Shown: in pieces, positions 21,794 through 35,065 of the stretch
Layout of the letters: the number at the start of each line of letters is the position of its first letter
Position numbering within the stretch: position 1 is the stretch's first letter
DNA from: Balanoglossus misakiensis
Lineage: Eukaryota; Animalia; Hemichordata
Direction of reading: 5' to 3'
Assembly: GCA_040954595.2 (NCBI GenBank)
Contig: CM082579.2
Span: 13,889,834 to 13,953,833 of the forward strand
Length of the DNA: 64,000 nt
Notes under the pieces: generated by a model
Told to the model about the DNA's origin: nothing
Databases searched by the model: none
The model's input: the letters and a program-made list of their open reading frames with translations, nothing else
Position numbers and translations under genes: made by a program

Positions 21794-22782
21794 TGTAGCG
21801 GCACACAAACAGACTTCCTTTTATGGCCAACTATATAGTCTGCTGCGCACTGCTTGGGGTAAACAGTCAGGGTAGATCTCTCCGCAATGCGTCCCTCTTT
21901 AACAAATCACTTCTAGTGTCAAATTCTTTGTCACAGGGTTTATTCGACACTATACATAGACGTGGAACGGTAAACTTAAAGACGTGGAACGTAGAACGAT
22001 TGACTGAAAATAAAATAAAATAATACACTACATAAGTATTTGTCACTGTTACACAACTCGAGGGTTCAAAGGTCAAGTTTACCACCTTGAACCATGGCCT
22101 CTTATGTATGGCGCCCTCTAGAGGCAAGAAGCATGCACTTGCCCCTTCTAAAGTACTTTGCATTCCAAAGCCTAATTAATTATGCATAAAGCACTTTCAA
22201 ACAGAAGAAACTCTAAATCTATAAAATACATCACTGAAGTCAAAAAGCAACTTGTGTCCGATGAACTGTCTAAATCAGAGTCCGTGGAAAGTCTCTTGGT
22301 ATGAAATATGATGTGTAAAACTGATTTGAAAATTGCCACATGCCATCTCTGCCAGGAGAGAATGGCCAACTTGTGTGGTACTCACAGTCCACGAATAAAA
22401 CTTGATTTCTACAGAATATTTTGGCTCGAAAATAGGCTTACCAGAATTATGTGACCTCCTGGCTGTTAGCCCATCAAAACAATACAATTCATGGACTGGT
22501 CCGTCCCCTTTTGAGTGTGTTAGAAGCACAAAACCGACACTCTCTCTTCAGCACAATGCTTGCTCTTTGAAAACCCATGTGCTTCTGAAACCTAGTACTT
22601 ACACTTGACTGAAGTTGAACTTTGATATGGTATTACGTAATGGGGGTAATGCCCTTGACAGGAAGTATGAGTCACCGTTATACAAGTGCCTTGACCTAGT
22701 GTCGATACTAAGCAAATTTAAGTCAAACAGAAACCATAGGAATAAAACTGCTACTTTAAGCTAAATATTTTTGGCCGTAACA
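21794..22782 (-). repeat. 3' LTR of the BEL/Pao element
   Basis: Ends tgtagcggc...gccgtaaca (TGT...ACA, imperfect inverted termini). On the minus strand it is directly preceded by the purine-rich tract attaggggaccggaa (22783-22797). Minus-strand AATAAA near 21940. Confidence 0.7.
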
Positions 22783-25700
22783 TTCCGGTCCCCTAATTGT
22801 AAGGAAATGCTTTCTGAGCAATTACAAAACTAGTAATAGGTCCAAAAATTGTCAAACATACACTACAGACTGAATGTCCTGCACATGGCACGCTTGCCTG
22901 GCGCGCTCAGTGGCTTGCTGCGCGCGCCAGGGGGCTCGGTCCCTCCGGGCCCAGCAGGCCCATGGGCCCGCAGGGCTTGCTAATTAAATGTGTTTGGTGG
23001 GCCCGCATTCCGGCCCACCGGGCCCAGCTAGCCCATGGGCCCGCTGCGCTTGCTGTGTTTGGCGGGCCCGAATGAACACATGAGAAGTCTGTCAGTCTTA
23101 GAATGAGAAGAGGGCATGTTTGAGAATTCTGGAGTTAAGAATTGGGCTAGCATGTCACCCGTCGGAATAAATTAGACCATGATTAGACGTTTCGTGTGTG
23201 TCTGCACATGGACGTAAAAAGAGATGGTCTGCATGTGTCCGAGATGTAATCAATGTGTCATGGTTTACCACGACAAATTCTAGCTCAGTCTTCTTGATCG
23301 GGCCTAGATTGATCATTGCAACCTAATCATCAAAGTTAGCAAACATGTAAGATCGTTCGCGTTTGCCTGAGGTTCTACCTCCATTATACGATCGGACTGT
23401 GACTCGATCTCTCTTCGTGATGTGATGTCGTCGATCGACGCCATGTTTGTTTTAATACATGATTGTACAATCGCGCGTAGCTATGGTCTAACGCAGGGAC
23501 TCTCTACCTGTTTCATCGCCTGATAAATTAGATGGATATTCTCAAAACAATATAATGTATATTGTGTTCTGATTGCCTTCTTCGTGTATCAAACTTTTAT
23601 TTTATTGATTTCCTTTTGTTGTCAGCCACATGCGATTAGCCTTGCCAATAAACAGTCGTGTTTACTCGGTAAACAAGTGGAATCACAGACTTGCCTCAAA
23701 AACAAGAGTAGCAGGTGTAGTTCCTCTCCGTCCCACCTCCATGTAACAACATACAATCCGCATCAAACAAGCACTCCTGAATAACTATGAAATGTCTAGC
23801 TTGTGCTCATTCTGTCAAACTATTGCATAGACTCCAGCCATATTCAATGCCAGTTTAAGTAGATCTTAAACTCACCGTCAGTGAGTTAGATACAGGTGCA
23901 CACATACATGTATGACACTATTGTGAAGTAACATTTCTTTTTTATTTTAGAACATGCGAAAAATAATAGGGACAAGTCACATCAGAGTAGAATAAAAATG
24001 TCCTCAAGTACAAAAAAACAGCAAAACGGGAAAATGCATCGATGTCGGAACTACTAAAGTCGAGAATCAGCTCTGAACTTATTCAGTAATCTAGTGCTTG
24101 GGGCGGAAACTTTAATGCAGAACACACTCTCTCGATATGCAAATATAACTTATTGAAACTCGTTGCCACACGAACAAATGACCAGGAACCATCGACGCGG
24201 CACAGTCTATATATACTGTACATGTACACTGAGAAGCCATAGAGACGTGCATGTTCAAATATAGACCTTCTGAATAATGATCCATCGAGCAACAACAACA
24301 AAAAGGAAAAGATCCTTTGATCTTTAAATACGACCGAACTTTGCGAGGATTATCTGTTTGTCAATACGGTAACAGGTCGTTTCGGCCCAAAAGATTTTCG
24401 ATCCCAATCGTTTCGGCCCCCAATTTTCACGACCCCGGTCTGTTCGGCCCCGACACCCCAGTCGTTTCGGTGCTTATCGGTAATGGCCCAACCTGACTCA
24501 TTGTTGCCTAGTTCAGTAAAGGGGCGATGTCAGTGGGACTGGCAGTGAGGGGAGACGGTGCATGTTCTCGTTTGTGGTACCGTGTGTTTTGAAATACAGG
24601 AGTCGACAAATGTGACGTGTAATAATTTGTACACAATTTTCTTTACCCCAATACAAAAATGCCTTTCAGCACAGAAAAAACAACAAAGCAACGCCATTAT
24701 CGTTAACACCTAATTGTTTCTCCCAATTTGAAGTGGTCTCTTTCGAAGATAAAGGATTCGTCATGAGAGTTACTCATTGTACAAACTGACCACCTGTCAG
24801 ACATTGTGGATTTTCCTTATATTTCTGCTTTCTATCCGAGTTACTACCTGTCACCTGTCAGACATTGTGGATTTTCTGCTTTCTATCCGAGTGCAGAGCG
24901 GGAAAACCCGCTGAGGCTATACCGCTGTCAGAAGAAACAGCGAGGGCTTCGAACGTATTTTTATTTTTCACACTTAAATCACTGCTCGTAAATTAATGCA
25001 TCAAAAGTAAAAGTTTCCTTTTCCCTTTTAAATTTAAAAGTATATATGGCCTATGTCACGATCAAAATTGCGATTGTGTTTATAACTAGCATAGCTGCAA
25101 TAATTAGAGTGATGGGTAGCTATTTTCGCTTGGTTGAATCACGGTCACTCCACAAGGGTCGCGGACGTAGTCAGATTTATGGACGAAAAAGTCAGAACAA
25201 TCAAGACCGAGAGTATACTGCGAGCAGTCATACGCATTGATACTCATATGAAATCAACAATGAAGAATAATCTGCATAACAGGAAAAAGAAAGCCTACTG
25301 GTGACTAGCCTGCATATTAGTAAATCACAGGTGTTAATGGGGTGGGCCCCGGGAGGTAGCCTTTGGTCAGTAGGATCGTACCGGCTACCCCATAAATGTA
25401 TTTTTCACTAATTTGTGCGATCAAGTTTTTCTCCTCAACATGATCTCCAAAACTATAGAGTCTATTGCAGATTCAAAATCATATCCAGGGAATCCACAGA
25501 TCGCGATTCGTGTTTTCTTGTGTTTATATTTAGCTGGAATAATTGTAACGGCACCGTGTCGCTGTTTTTGGTGTAGATGCCCGCACACTTACATGCAATG
25601 GACCGCAGTTACGTTGCGCGGTCGTGATGTAAATTTAGGAAATAGTGATACACTGCATCTATTAAAGCTTATCTTTGTTTCAGAGTAAAAATCTACCCGC

Positions 25701-26206
25701 TTTCTCTGTACTGTATCTCCCAGCGTCCACGGGTGTTACATGTTTATGCTCGGCCAGCCACGTTCTTCAGGTTGTTATCACCTTTTTGTTCGTCAGTACT
25801 TCAAAATAAAATATGTGTGAACTCAATGAACAAAAACTTCTGAAGTCAGTACATTTTTGTCTGTGGTTTGTTTTAAAAATACAATTTGATGCGCCGGTCA
25901 CTAGGACCCTAGGGTCATAGTTCTGAGTGTCAGGCTCATGAAAACAAGAACAATCTATAACTCAAATATTAGATACATACTAGTATTGTAAGTTGCGTCT
26001 TACAAAGCACAATAATGTGACTTCATCCATTTCCCAAACAGAGAAACTAAGACAAATCAGTCAGAGCATCGACCACACTGTTGTCTGTGATCGACAACAC
26101 GTATACGCGCGTCCGTTCACCGCGACAATAATGTGTGTAACGATCGTTCAATTCATTCGATCAGGCACTATGAACATGCCCCCGCCGATTCCACCAGCCG
26201 CCCACC

Positions 26207-27043
26207 TTGTCACCAACACCACTCCCACCACGCCCAGCCGCTGATATTACACCACCGTTCCAAACTACACTACAGCCGGCAGTACAGCCGATTCTCACGT
26301 CTCCGCAGACAACGGGGATGATTGAGACTACTCCGCCTCCACTATGGTTCCCTCCTATCACCGGGGATGTTCTCATACCAGAATCATATATAGACCGGTG
26401 TAAGGTCGTAAGTTGCTCTATAGGCAACTTTGCCAAGAACCTTGTGTTTATGGTTTATTCGCCGAGTGAACGCGCCGGACGTAATTGCACAGGGCGTGTG
26501 TTTGGGGGTACCAAACAGAAATTGAAGTTAAGTCCCAGAAGGCTTAAGAAAGTTGAAGGAGCAACTTTCCGAAACTATTTTAGAAATAATGGACTCCGCC
26601 CTGACCATTAACGTTTGTTTATGGGCAAGGGCGAGGGGAAAGCCAAAAATTCATGGGCGAGGCTTCCGAGCCCATGAATTTTGGCTTTCCTCGAGCCCGC
26701 AAACGTTTATGGTCAGGGCGGAGTCGGTTATTTCCATTATATTACCAACAAAATCAAGAAAACCGTCAAAATTTACGAAAATGTCCCACTAGAGGCCCCG
26801 GAACTTGTGTTACGCAAAATTTTGTATTCACTGAACTGTTTGCTAATATTACTATTCAGATTTACGGGGATGTAAACAAACCATTACTGAGTATTTGTGG
26901 TCAGTGACGTCGTTCATCTCGACCAATTAAAATGCGACGCACAAGCCATGGTAATATTATCCCACGATTTTCCGCGATCCGCCGAGCGCGACGTGTGGTC
27001 AAAACAGTGCATCAAGTCAATCGATAAAGCTCTCCGCTGTTTA
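26207..27043 (+). pseudogene. BEN-domain protein exon (Pro/Thr-rich linker plus BEN), interrupted by a MITE
   Basis: Joining 26581 to 26972 gives SIGNFAKNLVFMVYSPSERAGRNCTG...KLSPRRLKKV...NY-FPRSAERDVWSKQCIKSIDKALR, which matches the BEN domain pattern by eye. Confidence 0.7.
26582..26971. mobile_element. Palindromic MITE (Crypton-like architecture)
   Basis: Long hairpin ~26584-26735. A second inverted pair attatattacc (26737) / ggtaatattat (26950). ATTTT is directly repeated at both junctions. Confidence 0.6.
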
Positions 27044-27329
27044 TGTTTTTGTTTTTTTGTTTTTTTTTTTTTGGGGGGGGGGCTTTATCAGCATGTTTGT
27101 CGGATTGTCATTCTCTCGTTCAGAAAGGAAATGTTCCCTTGCATTTGTACAACTAATGTAGTGTAATTGTGTTTTAACATGGAGGTACTATGGTTTTAAA
27201 TGCTTAATAAAGAAAACTAACACTGACAACGGACACATTTTGTTCGTAGTGAATTAAACGCCCCTCCCTGAATGCCTAGTCTGAAATAAAACTTATGTTG
27301 AGAAGGAGAGTTGTACATTGATTAACGTT

Positions 27330-27915
27330 TTCAACGGTGTAGTACTGGTGTAGCAACGATTCAGATACGACTCCGACGGAGAATGCTTTTCGCCTGTGCT
27401 GCGCCGGTGTTAATTTTCGACAGCGATGACGGGTGGTTCAGATCCAGACCGAAGCAAATATACAGTGAGAACGCAAAGCACAACCCTGTCGTGACTTTTG
27501 ATTATGTTTATCTAGGTAACCTATTGTCTTGGGTCAGTTTCCATTGTTGAGTCAATCACACTGGACGCGAGTGGTTTTCTAACCACTCGTGGTTAGCCGG
27601 GTCTGCAACATTTCTGTCCGCCACCAACTTTAATTTAGGTTCTTTTGATCGCCGAAAAGACGAGGCGTTTTCGATGTGTGGATTAACATCCGGTACTTCT
27701 AAACGATATCAAAACGGTCATGAAGAAGACGACAAAGTCGTCTAGAACGCATATCCAGGTACATATAGAAACTGAGATATGTTGCAATTACATGTCCTCG
27801 ACGTCCTCATTTTTTGTTAGTTGCCGTGTTCCTAAACATTGCCATTTAGACGGCGTTGATCTCAATATGTCCGTTTAGAGTGTGGACGCACACAGATTCT
27901 GCGGGCTAATCCCCT
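27330..27915. repeat. Diverged partial copy of the Harbinger-like MITE at 46186-46882
   Basis: Extended colinear similarity, e.g. ggtcagtttccattgtt.agtcaatcacactgga.gcgagtggtttt and gttagttgccgtgtt.ctaaacat. Confidence 0.7.
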
Positions 27916-28238
27916 GTTAGCAAGAAACACGAAGTGCTAGCGTGGGCCTACGCGTTCCCTACACATAATGAAGCCCATAGACAAGGAGCAAGTCTAGCGC
28001 GCCAGGTAAACAAGCGTGCTTCCTGTGACCGGGCTGGCCATGCAAGCCAGGTAGCTCATGAATATTCAGGATTCAAGCCTGGCGCGCTCAGCAAACATGC
28101 TCACCGGGCCTGGCGAGCCAGGCGAGCCACCTGGCTTGCTGCGTTCAGGAGCAGACGCGCCAGGTAGAACAGGACATTCAATCTGTAGTTTATATTGTCA
28201 TTGCCACTTAGCTGCATGTGTCCACTTTTCAGTCGTTT

Positions 28239-31200
28239 CTATACCACATCAGCTTCCAACAGCACACACAATTTGTCCACTGGTCGATCCAGGGTCGATG
28301 TTTTGGTCTTCACCGTTGCAACACGCACAAATCCCTTCTTGTCTCTTTTCACATCGATGACCACTCCTAGGGGCCAGGAATTTCTTGGTGCAGAGTTGTC
28401 CACAATCAAGACCACGTCCCCCACGGTGAGATTTCTCCTGGGTTTGAGCCACTTCTGCCTTTCCTGCAGCAGGGGGAGATATTCTTTAACCCATCTCTTC
28501 CAAAATATGTCTGCCAGGTACTGTACTTGGCGCCACCTGCGACGAGCGTAGTTGTCGTTCTTGCAAAATATACCAGGTGGTAGATTCTGTGTGGGCTGCA
28601 ACATCAGTAGATGATTCGGTGTGAGAACTTCAAGATCATTCGGATCATCAGATAGCTTGGTGATGGGGCGACTGTTGATAATGGCTTCAACTTCACAGAA
28701 CAACGTCTGCAGCGCTTCATCATCTAAACGAATAGCCTGTTCTTTCATCAAGGAGAACAATATCTTCCGTATGGTTCTGATCTGATGTTCCCATATTCCT
28801 CCGAAGTGAGATGCCGCTGGGGGGTTGAACTCCCACTTCACACTGTGTTGATATAGGGCTTCAGATATTTTGTGGTGATTCCACTTCTCAATTTCTTCGT
28901 GTAGTTCACGATTGGCACCGACGAAATTGGTTCCGTTGTCAGATCTGATCACTTTCACTTGTCCTCTTCTTGCTGTAAATCGTCGAAGGCTGTTGATGCA
29001 TGAGTCTGTATCTAGCGAGTGTGCCCCTTCGAGATGTACAGCCCGTGATCACTCCATACCTCTTCACAGTGCTGCGACCACGCTTGACTTCCAACGGGCC
29101 GAAGTAGTCTACACCTGTTCTCGTGAATGGTGCTTCTTCTGGTGTGATGCGGTCTGCCGGCAGGTCTGCCATTTTCTGCTCACCGACCTTCGCTCTGTAT
29201 CTTCGACAGATCACGCATTTTGCTATAATGCTACGGACTGCAGTGTTTGCTCGCAGGATCCAAAACTTCTCCCTTAGTCTCGCCAACATTGAGTTTCTTC
29301 CCATATGTCCGACCGCACGATGTATCTCTTCTAAGATGAGTCTCGATACTGGAGTGTCCCTTGGGAGGACCATTGGGTGCTTGCTTTCTTCTGGTAGTTA
29401 CGCTCGCTCAAGACGTCCGCCAACACGTACTATCCCATCTTTCAGCATCGGATCCAGCTTGTAAAGCGGGCTGGATTTCTTCACTTCTTCACCTTTCTGT
29501 AGGGCGGTGACTTCTTCCGGGAAGTGACAATGTTGTGTGAAGCGTATAATCGCCTTCTCTGCTTCTTGTAACATTTCGAATGGGAGTGCTGGAATTTCAC
29601 TTTCCTCCTTACTTCCCCTCTTTCTCATCTTTTCTTTGCTGAGCTCTTCTTTACCTTTCGTCTCAGGTTCTTCATCGAGATTTTCTCTCAGCATCCTTTT
29701 CTGTTGAACTAATCTTCTTAGCTTTTCCTTCGCCAAAAGAATCCATCCCACTGTCTTCTTGAGTTTCTTCCAGACGGAAACACGTGATATGATGTCATCA
29801 ATCACCAGTGTGGATGTGTCTGCTATTACGGCGTTTATCTGTTTCTTGACCTCTGGGTCATCCTCCGGTATAATCTTCGATACCGATTGTTGTGTAGGCC
29901 ATTCATTCTCCGGTCCCCATAGGAACGCTGGGCCTTCTATCCATCTCTTGTTTCGGAGAAACTGGTGTACAGTCAGCCCTCTGGAAGCATCGTCAGCCGG
30001 GTTAGACTGTGTGTTTACGTACTTCCATTGGTGCATTTCCGAACCTTCACGAATTATGTTGATTCGATTTGAAACAAAGGTATGGAAACGGGTGGTCTCG
30101 TTGGCGATGTATCTAGGTACTGACATGCTGTCTGTCCAGAAATATACCGCATCTATACGCTGATCCAACTCCCTCTCCAGCAACTTGTTCATTCTGACTG
30201 CCACGGTAGCTGCCATCAATTCCAAACGAGGAATGGTGGTCTTCTTGAGTGGTGCCACTCTGGCTTTTCCCATCAGTAGAGCGCAGTGAATTTCTCTGTC
30301 TTCATTCATCAGACGAACATAGGACGCAGTTCCATACCCATGCTGACTTGCATCGGAAATATGATGTACTTAACACCGCTTCACCTCTCCAAAATCAGCC
30401 GGCTTGAAGCATCTATCTACTGACAGTTCTTCTAGTTGTGGGAGATCGGTTAGCCATTGTCGCCATCTCTTCTGATCTCCTTGACTGATCGTCTGGTCCC
30501 ATCCGAGATTTCGGTGGCACAGATCCTGTAGCAATATTCTCGCTGGCAGTATGAACGGTGATGCTAATCCCAGCGGATCGTAGACCGAACTGACGACTGA
30601 TAATATGCCCCTTCTGCTTACAGGTCTGTCTTGGATGTCTATTTTAAATCCCAGAGTGTCTGGTTCGACCGACCAATACACCCCTAGAGCACGTTCGGTT
30701 GGCAGGTCATCATAGTCGAGCTTCAGTTGCTTAACTTCTTTGCCTCTCTCTTGTACGGGAATAGATTCCAAGACCTCACGACTGCTACTGATCCACTTCG
30801 TCAGACGAAAGCCTCCCATCTGGCAAGCTGCTGTCAGTTCTTGTGCTAACTTCATAGCTTCGGGCACACTACTCACTGACTTGAGACAGTCGTCCACGTA
30901 GAAATTTCTCATAATGGTGTCGATGACTTCAGTATTGAATCTGTGGCTGTTGTCTTGAGCAGTTCTGTGTAGGGCTGTATTCGCACAACTTGGAGATGAT
31001 ACTGCTCCAAATAGATGAACCCGCATTTGGTAGACTTCTGGCTGGCTGTTAATGTTTCCCTCAGGCCACCAATAGAAGCGTAGACAATCACTGTCTTCTT
31101 TGGGCACCTGTACTTGGTGAAACATTGCTTCTATGTCTGCCATCAGCGCTACTGGTTCCTGACGAAATCACAACAGCACACCGACAAGATTGTTAGTCAG

Positions 31201-31326
31201 ATCCGGCCCTTGTAATAATAGGTCATTGAGAGATATCCCCTGGAACTTCGCCGAACAGTCAAAGACAACACGGATCTTCTCTGGCTTCTTTGGGTGATAG
31301 ACTCCGTGATGAGGTATATACCATAT
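28239..31326 (-). pseudogene. BEL/Pao pol remnant (RT, RNase H, integrase) with stops and frameshifts
   Basis: [58 protein letters not shown]...TIPRLEL, NPADDASRG, GVDYFGP, SDNGTNF, LTPNHLL, RRRWRQVQ. Confidence 0.95.
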
Positions 31327-31796
31327 CTAATACAATTCATCATAAGGAGGTGCCATATAAAATTTGCAATTACACTCACTCGCATGAATGAATGCTGGCA
31401 TCTGTGGTGGGCGGCGTGGAACTTTACTTGGTGGCGTGCCGGGAAGGAAGGTGCTCTCCTCAGCTCAACTGCCACCAATAAACTGGCCCACAGCAGATGA
31501 GTTCATTTCAACAGGTGCCAAGCTCTTTGGCTAGAATAGATAAAATATATTGATGCCGCAATGAATGAATGAAAACAGTATGAATGACCAGTCAATGGAG
31601 CTCTCCAATGGCACGTAAGATCTGTCTTGAAATTGCAGAAAGTACTCTAATTTGAAACAGGGTTAAAGACTATACAACACACCCAGCAGTGAGGGCGCTT
31701 TAGTGCATGTACACAATTAATAATTGATGCAGGACGGCTTGCCAATTAAATGTCTATTTTACAGAAAATATAAGGTACTTTCTCCATTTCCATTAC

Positions 31797-31798
<2 letters not shown>

Positions 31799-31890
<92 letters not shown>
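31799..31890. repeat. (AT)n microsatellite
   Basis: Uninterrupted AT dinucleotide run. Confidence 0.98.
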
Positions 31891-31893
<3 letters not shown>

Positions 31894-32425
31894 GACAGTG
31901 TTTTATTCAGGATGGTATCAGCAGGGGGTATATGTCCCCCTTCGCCAGAATATTTGAGGGTGGTTCCACTCTGGCAAGGGGGAATGTTATATCTTCAACA
32001 TGTGAGTAACATCATTTTAAAGGGCACTCAGGTGCCCCTTTGACAATTAAATTTCCAGGGGGTACCAACACATCAATAGGAGGTGAATCCAAATTGTCTT
32101 TTTGTTGTTGAAAATTCCTGGAAATGTTATGGACAGGCAATGTCTATTTTCCCTGAGAGTGCCAGCACCGGTTTTGTATTTCTGTTTTCCTGTTGCCCTT
32201 TGGAGATCTTGCTGCTTTGTCTTGGAGAAGAGTGATTGTGTTGTCTTTGTTTTCTCACAACATGATGTCATCATTTTGTATTCAAATTGGCGTACATGAT
32301 CATGTTTTGGCTTCATAATTTTTCATTAATGAAGATTTCAATGTTTTCCTTTTATATTACTGCTGTTTATGGTTGCATTTTGAGAATATTTTGATGAAAG
32401 AAATGTTGATTGTTGAATGTTACAG

Positions 32426-32524
32426 AATCTAATCAATGCCGCAGTGAAGGGTGATGTTGCAAAGATTCAGTCGCTGATAGCTGATGGATATGATGTCAAT
32501 GCAAGGGGTAAATACCCAGGGCAG
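32426..32524 (+). CDS. Ankyrin exon (N-terminal cap-like)
   Basis: ttacag|NLINAAVKGDVAKIQSLIADGYDVNARGKYPGQ|gtaagt, 99 bp, phase 0. Confidence 0.85.
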
Positions 32525-33778
32525 GTAAGTGTTCGTATTGACCAATGTTTTATACAGAGTCATCGCTCAGGGCTAGCGTTTGATATTTAATTTTTCACAT
32601 GCGGTGCATGCAGGAACTTAAAAAAATTGTGTGTAACTGTATTTCAATTACGTGCAACAAAATAACGATAGACAGCCTGGGTTTTTGGTAAGTAACAACT
32701 TTTAATAGAAATATCTTTTTAAAATAACGAATTTTGTTGAAATAAAATGGATTCTTGGTGCAAACAAGATATTCCTAATGTCAATTCTTCCACAAAGATA
32801 AACTTACAGACACGGAGAGGTCTGCTGCAAGCAGTATTTTTAGGGGTCAACTATGGTGTTTCAAATTCTCTGTGGCAAGAACTAATTCTCAACTGGGGTG
32901 TTTTTCAAGGTCCATCGCACTATTCTGTTTGCAAATACATCATTGCAGTTTGCCACGCCGCTTTCTATAGCACCCCTGATGCTGTTACTGTAGTAGCACT
33001 AGCTGAACCCCTGAAATGTTCCAGGACCACTTCAACTGTTCACATGTAATATTTTATGCCAGCATTTGAGCAGAGACGTTTCAGAAACATTTCAATGGTT
33101 ATGAGTGACTGGCTTTTCACACAACAGTAACACTGAATCAACTAGATATCTATGAACTTCCAAAATACCACACACTCCCAAAATGATATCACAACACCAC
33201 ATTTAGATTGTGCAAAAACAGACCTACACTAGCCCACAAATATAAATAATCTCAATTCAGCGCAGACTTTTTCATCAACAGTTCCAGTTTTACCTAGTGT
33301 GAACATGGTATCAGTCTACAGTTTGGTTCAATGTGGTTCAACCACATACAGTAATACCTGTCGAAATGGAACATGCCGTATCTGGAAAACTGTCTATAAT
33401 GAACACGTTTTCCTGTCCCCTTGACATAGAACCACGTGTTAAAAGAACCTTTACAAACCAGAAACGTCTGTAAACTGAACAATTTCTTCTGTCCCTTTGG
33501 ATTAGACAGGTTTTACTGTACATGTGTTTTGGTCATAGAGAATTGTCACTCAACCTTAGAAAATACTATTATTATGATCTTTCAGATTGAAATCAATATC
33601 AGTCTATTACTGAAATAACACACCATCGTAATCGAAACCATTATTACAATAGTGACTGAAGCTCATTGTGATGAAATTCCTAGAGTTTCCTCATCAAAAG
33701 ATCAAGCAGTTGACTCACATTGCAAGTATCAGATTTGTGATGTCATTTTTATTCCAACATTAAACGTCTTTATTCCAG

Positions 33779-33877
33779 AATGATTCCACAGCATTGCATG
33801 CAGCGTCCTTCAAAGGTAAATTGGATGCTGTCAGGATGTTGATTAGCCATGGTGCAGATGTCAATGCGAAGGATGAG
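33779..33877 (+). CDS. Ankyrin exon
   Basis: ttccag|NDSTALHAASFKGKLDAVRMLISHGADVNAKDE|gtacgt, 99 bp, phase 0. Confidence 0.9.
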
Positions 33878-34695
33878 GTACGTGAACTGACTTATCACTT
33901 TATTATGGATAATGTGGCCACACAATTGGATAATAAAAAAATGCCTTTGAAAAAGACCTAATTACAACACTCTTATTTTCATCCAAAATTACTTTGCATG
34001 ATCCAAATTCAATGGGAAGAAACAAGCTAACCCTGAACAAGAAGAGGGAAAGGCCAAAAAGTATTACCCATACTGATTTAGTTTTACTAACCATGATACC
34101 CTTGGGATCCAGCCATAGGAAGGACAGTGGGACACATTGCACTCTAAATTTAACAATCTTTACAATTTAGCCAAAGATGTTGAACCATAGTGTATTTGAC
34201 ACATTTGTTCCGAATGAATAAATATGTTCCAGAAAGTAAATTTTGATGCATTTTTTTGTGTTTCACCAAAGTTAACACATTTTTATTTTTTTTCAAGCCA
34301 TCTCTGAAATTTTGCTGGCAATCTTTTTTTAAATCTTCCACATCCCCTCCATCCTTAGTTAAGCTATGGAGTCTAAAACATCCAATGTTAAAAACTATAT
34401 GACCAGTCAAAGCGTTTTCCTCGCTGTTAGAATCAATTGAGATTCTTCACCGTCATTCTTTGATCTGTATTCATTTTAACAGTCGGCAATTTTCATTTTG
34501 TGTGTAGAAGGACTGTGCATTATCCTTTCAAATCAGTCAGTATGCCATTCTTGCTTGTTTTTTTGCAATATGGCTGATACTTTTGATATTTGTTTATTTA
34601 TTTGTAGGTTTGTTTGTTTGTTTGTTTAAAGACACCTCATATTACATTTCAATTTTTGTGACATTGTTCCCATGCTTCTCCTTCATTACTTACAG

Positions 34696-35065
34696 GATGG
34701 AGTCACCCCTTTGAATGATGCAGCAGGGTTTGGTGGTGAAGGCTGTGTCAGATTGTTATTGGAACACAAAGCTGATGTTACCATACAAACCCAGGTAAAT
34801 ACCAACTTGACTTCTGCAGGTTAATCTATCAGTATGGAATGATTTATTCATTCATTTTTTGTTTGTTTGTTTGTTTGTTTGTATGTTTTTTGTTTAAGGA
34901 AAATGACACATTACGTTTAATTTTTGTGACATTGTTCTCATGCTCCTCCTTCATTACTTACAGTGGGGAGACACCCCTTTGCACTCTGCAGCAAGGAGGG
35001 ATGTTGGTGAAGGCCGTGTCAGATTGTTATTGGAACACAAAGCTGATGTAACCATACAAAACAAG
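34696..35065 (+). CDS. Two cassette-family ankyrin exons (34696-34794, 34964-35065)
   Basis: DGVTPLNDAAGFGGEGCVRLLLEHKADVTIQTQ and WGDTPLHSAARRDVGEGRVRLLLEHKADVTIQNK, with the same intron flanks as the main array. Confidence 0.88.

Larger units (their letters stand above)
22861..28190. mobile_element. CACTA/EnSpm-type non-autonomous DNA transposon (~5.3 kb) carrying a BEN-domain gene
   Basis: Left terminus CACTACAGACTGAATGTCCTG (22861-22881) is the reverse complement of 28170-28190 at 19/21 positions. TA flanks both sides (22859-60, 28191-92). GC-rich palindromic subterminal repeats share gcctggcgcgctcag, tggcttgctgcg and cgcgccagg at ~22890-23070 and ~27935-28165. Confidence 0.7.
21794..31326 (-). 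mobile_element. BEL/Pao LTR retrotransposon, 5' half missing, split by a CACTA-type insertion
   Basis: 3' LTR and PPT plus the pol remnant at 28239-31326. The 3' UTR is contiguous once 22861-28190 is removed. Confidence 0.8.

Noticed and set aside
20793-21838. Repeated short ORFs (MNKERSDRCGAG...) in the tandem array
   Set aside because: Their length and frame vary between units and they cross poly-T tracts; they are incidental translations of non-coding repeats.
22172-22608. Cys-containing short ORFs suggestive of a transposase tail
   Set aside because: They lie inside the inferred BEL LTR, contain many stops, and have no convincing motif.
24369-24470. Repeated gtcgtttcggccc motifs resembling a DNA transposon end
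   Set aside because: No matching opposite terminus was found in the window, so no element could be delimited.
31724-31957. ORF with a YIYIYI run
   Set aside because: It is a translation of the (AT)n microsatellite.
31912-32001. Possible first coding exon of the ROCO gene (MVSAGG...YLQH|gtgagt)
   Set aside because: It is phase-compatible but has no homology or other support, so it was left out of the model.
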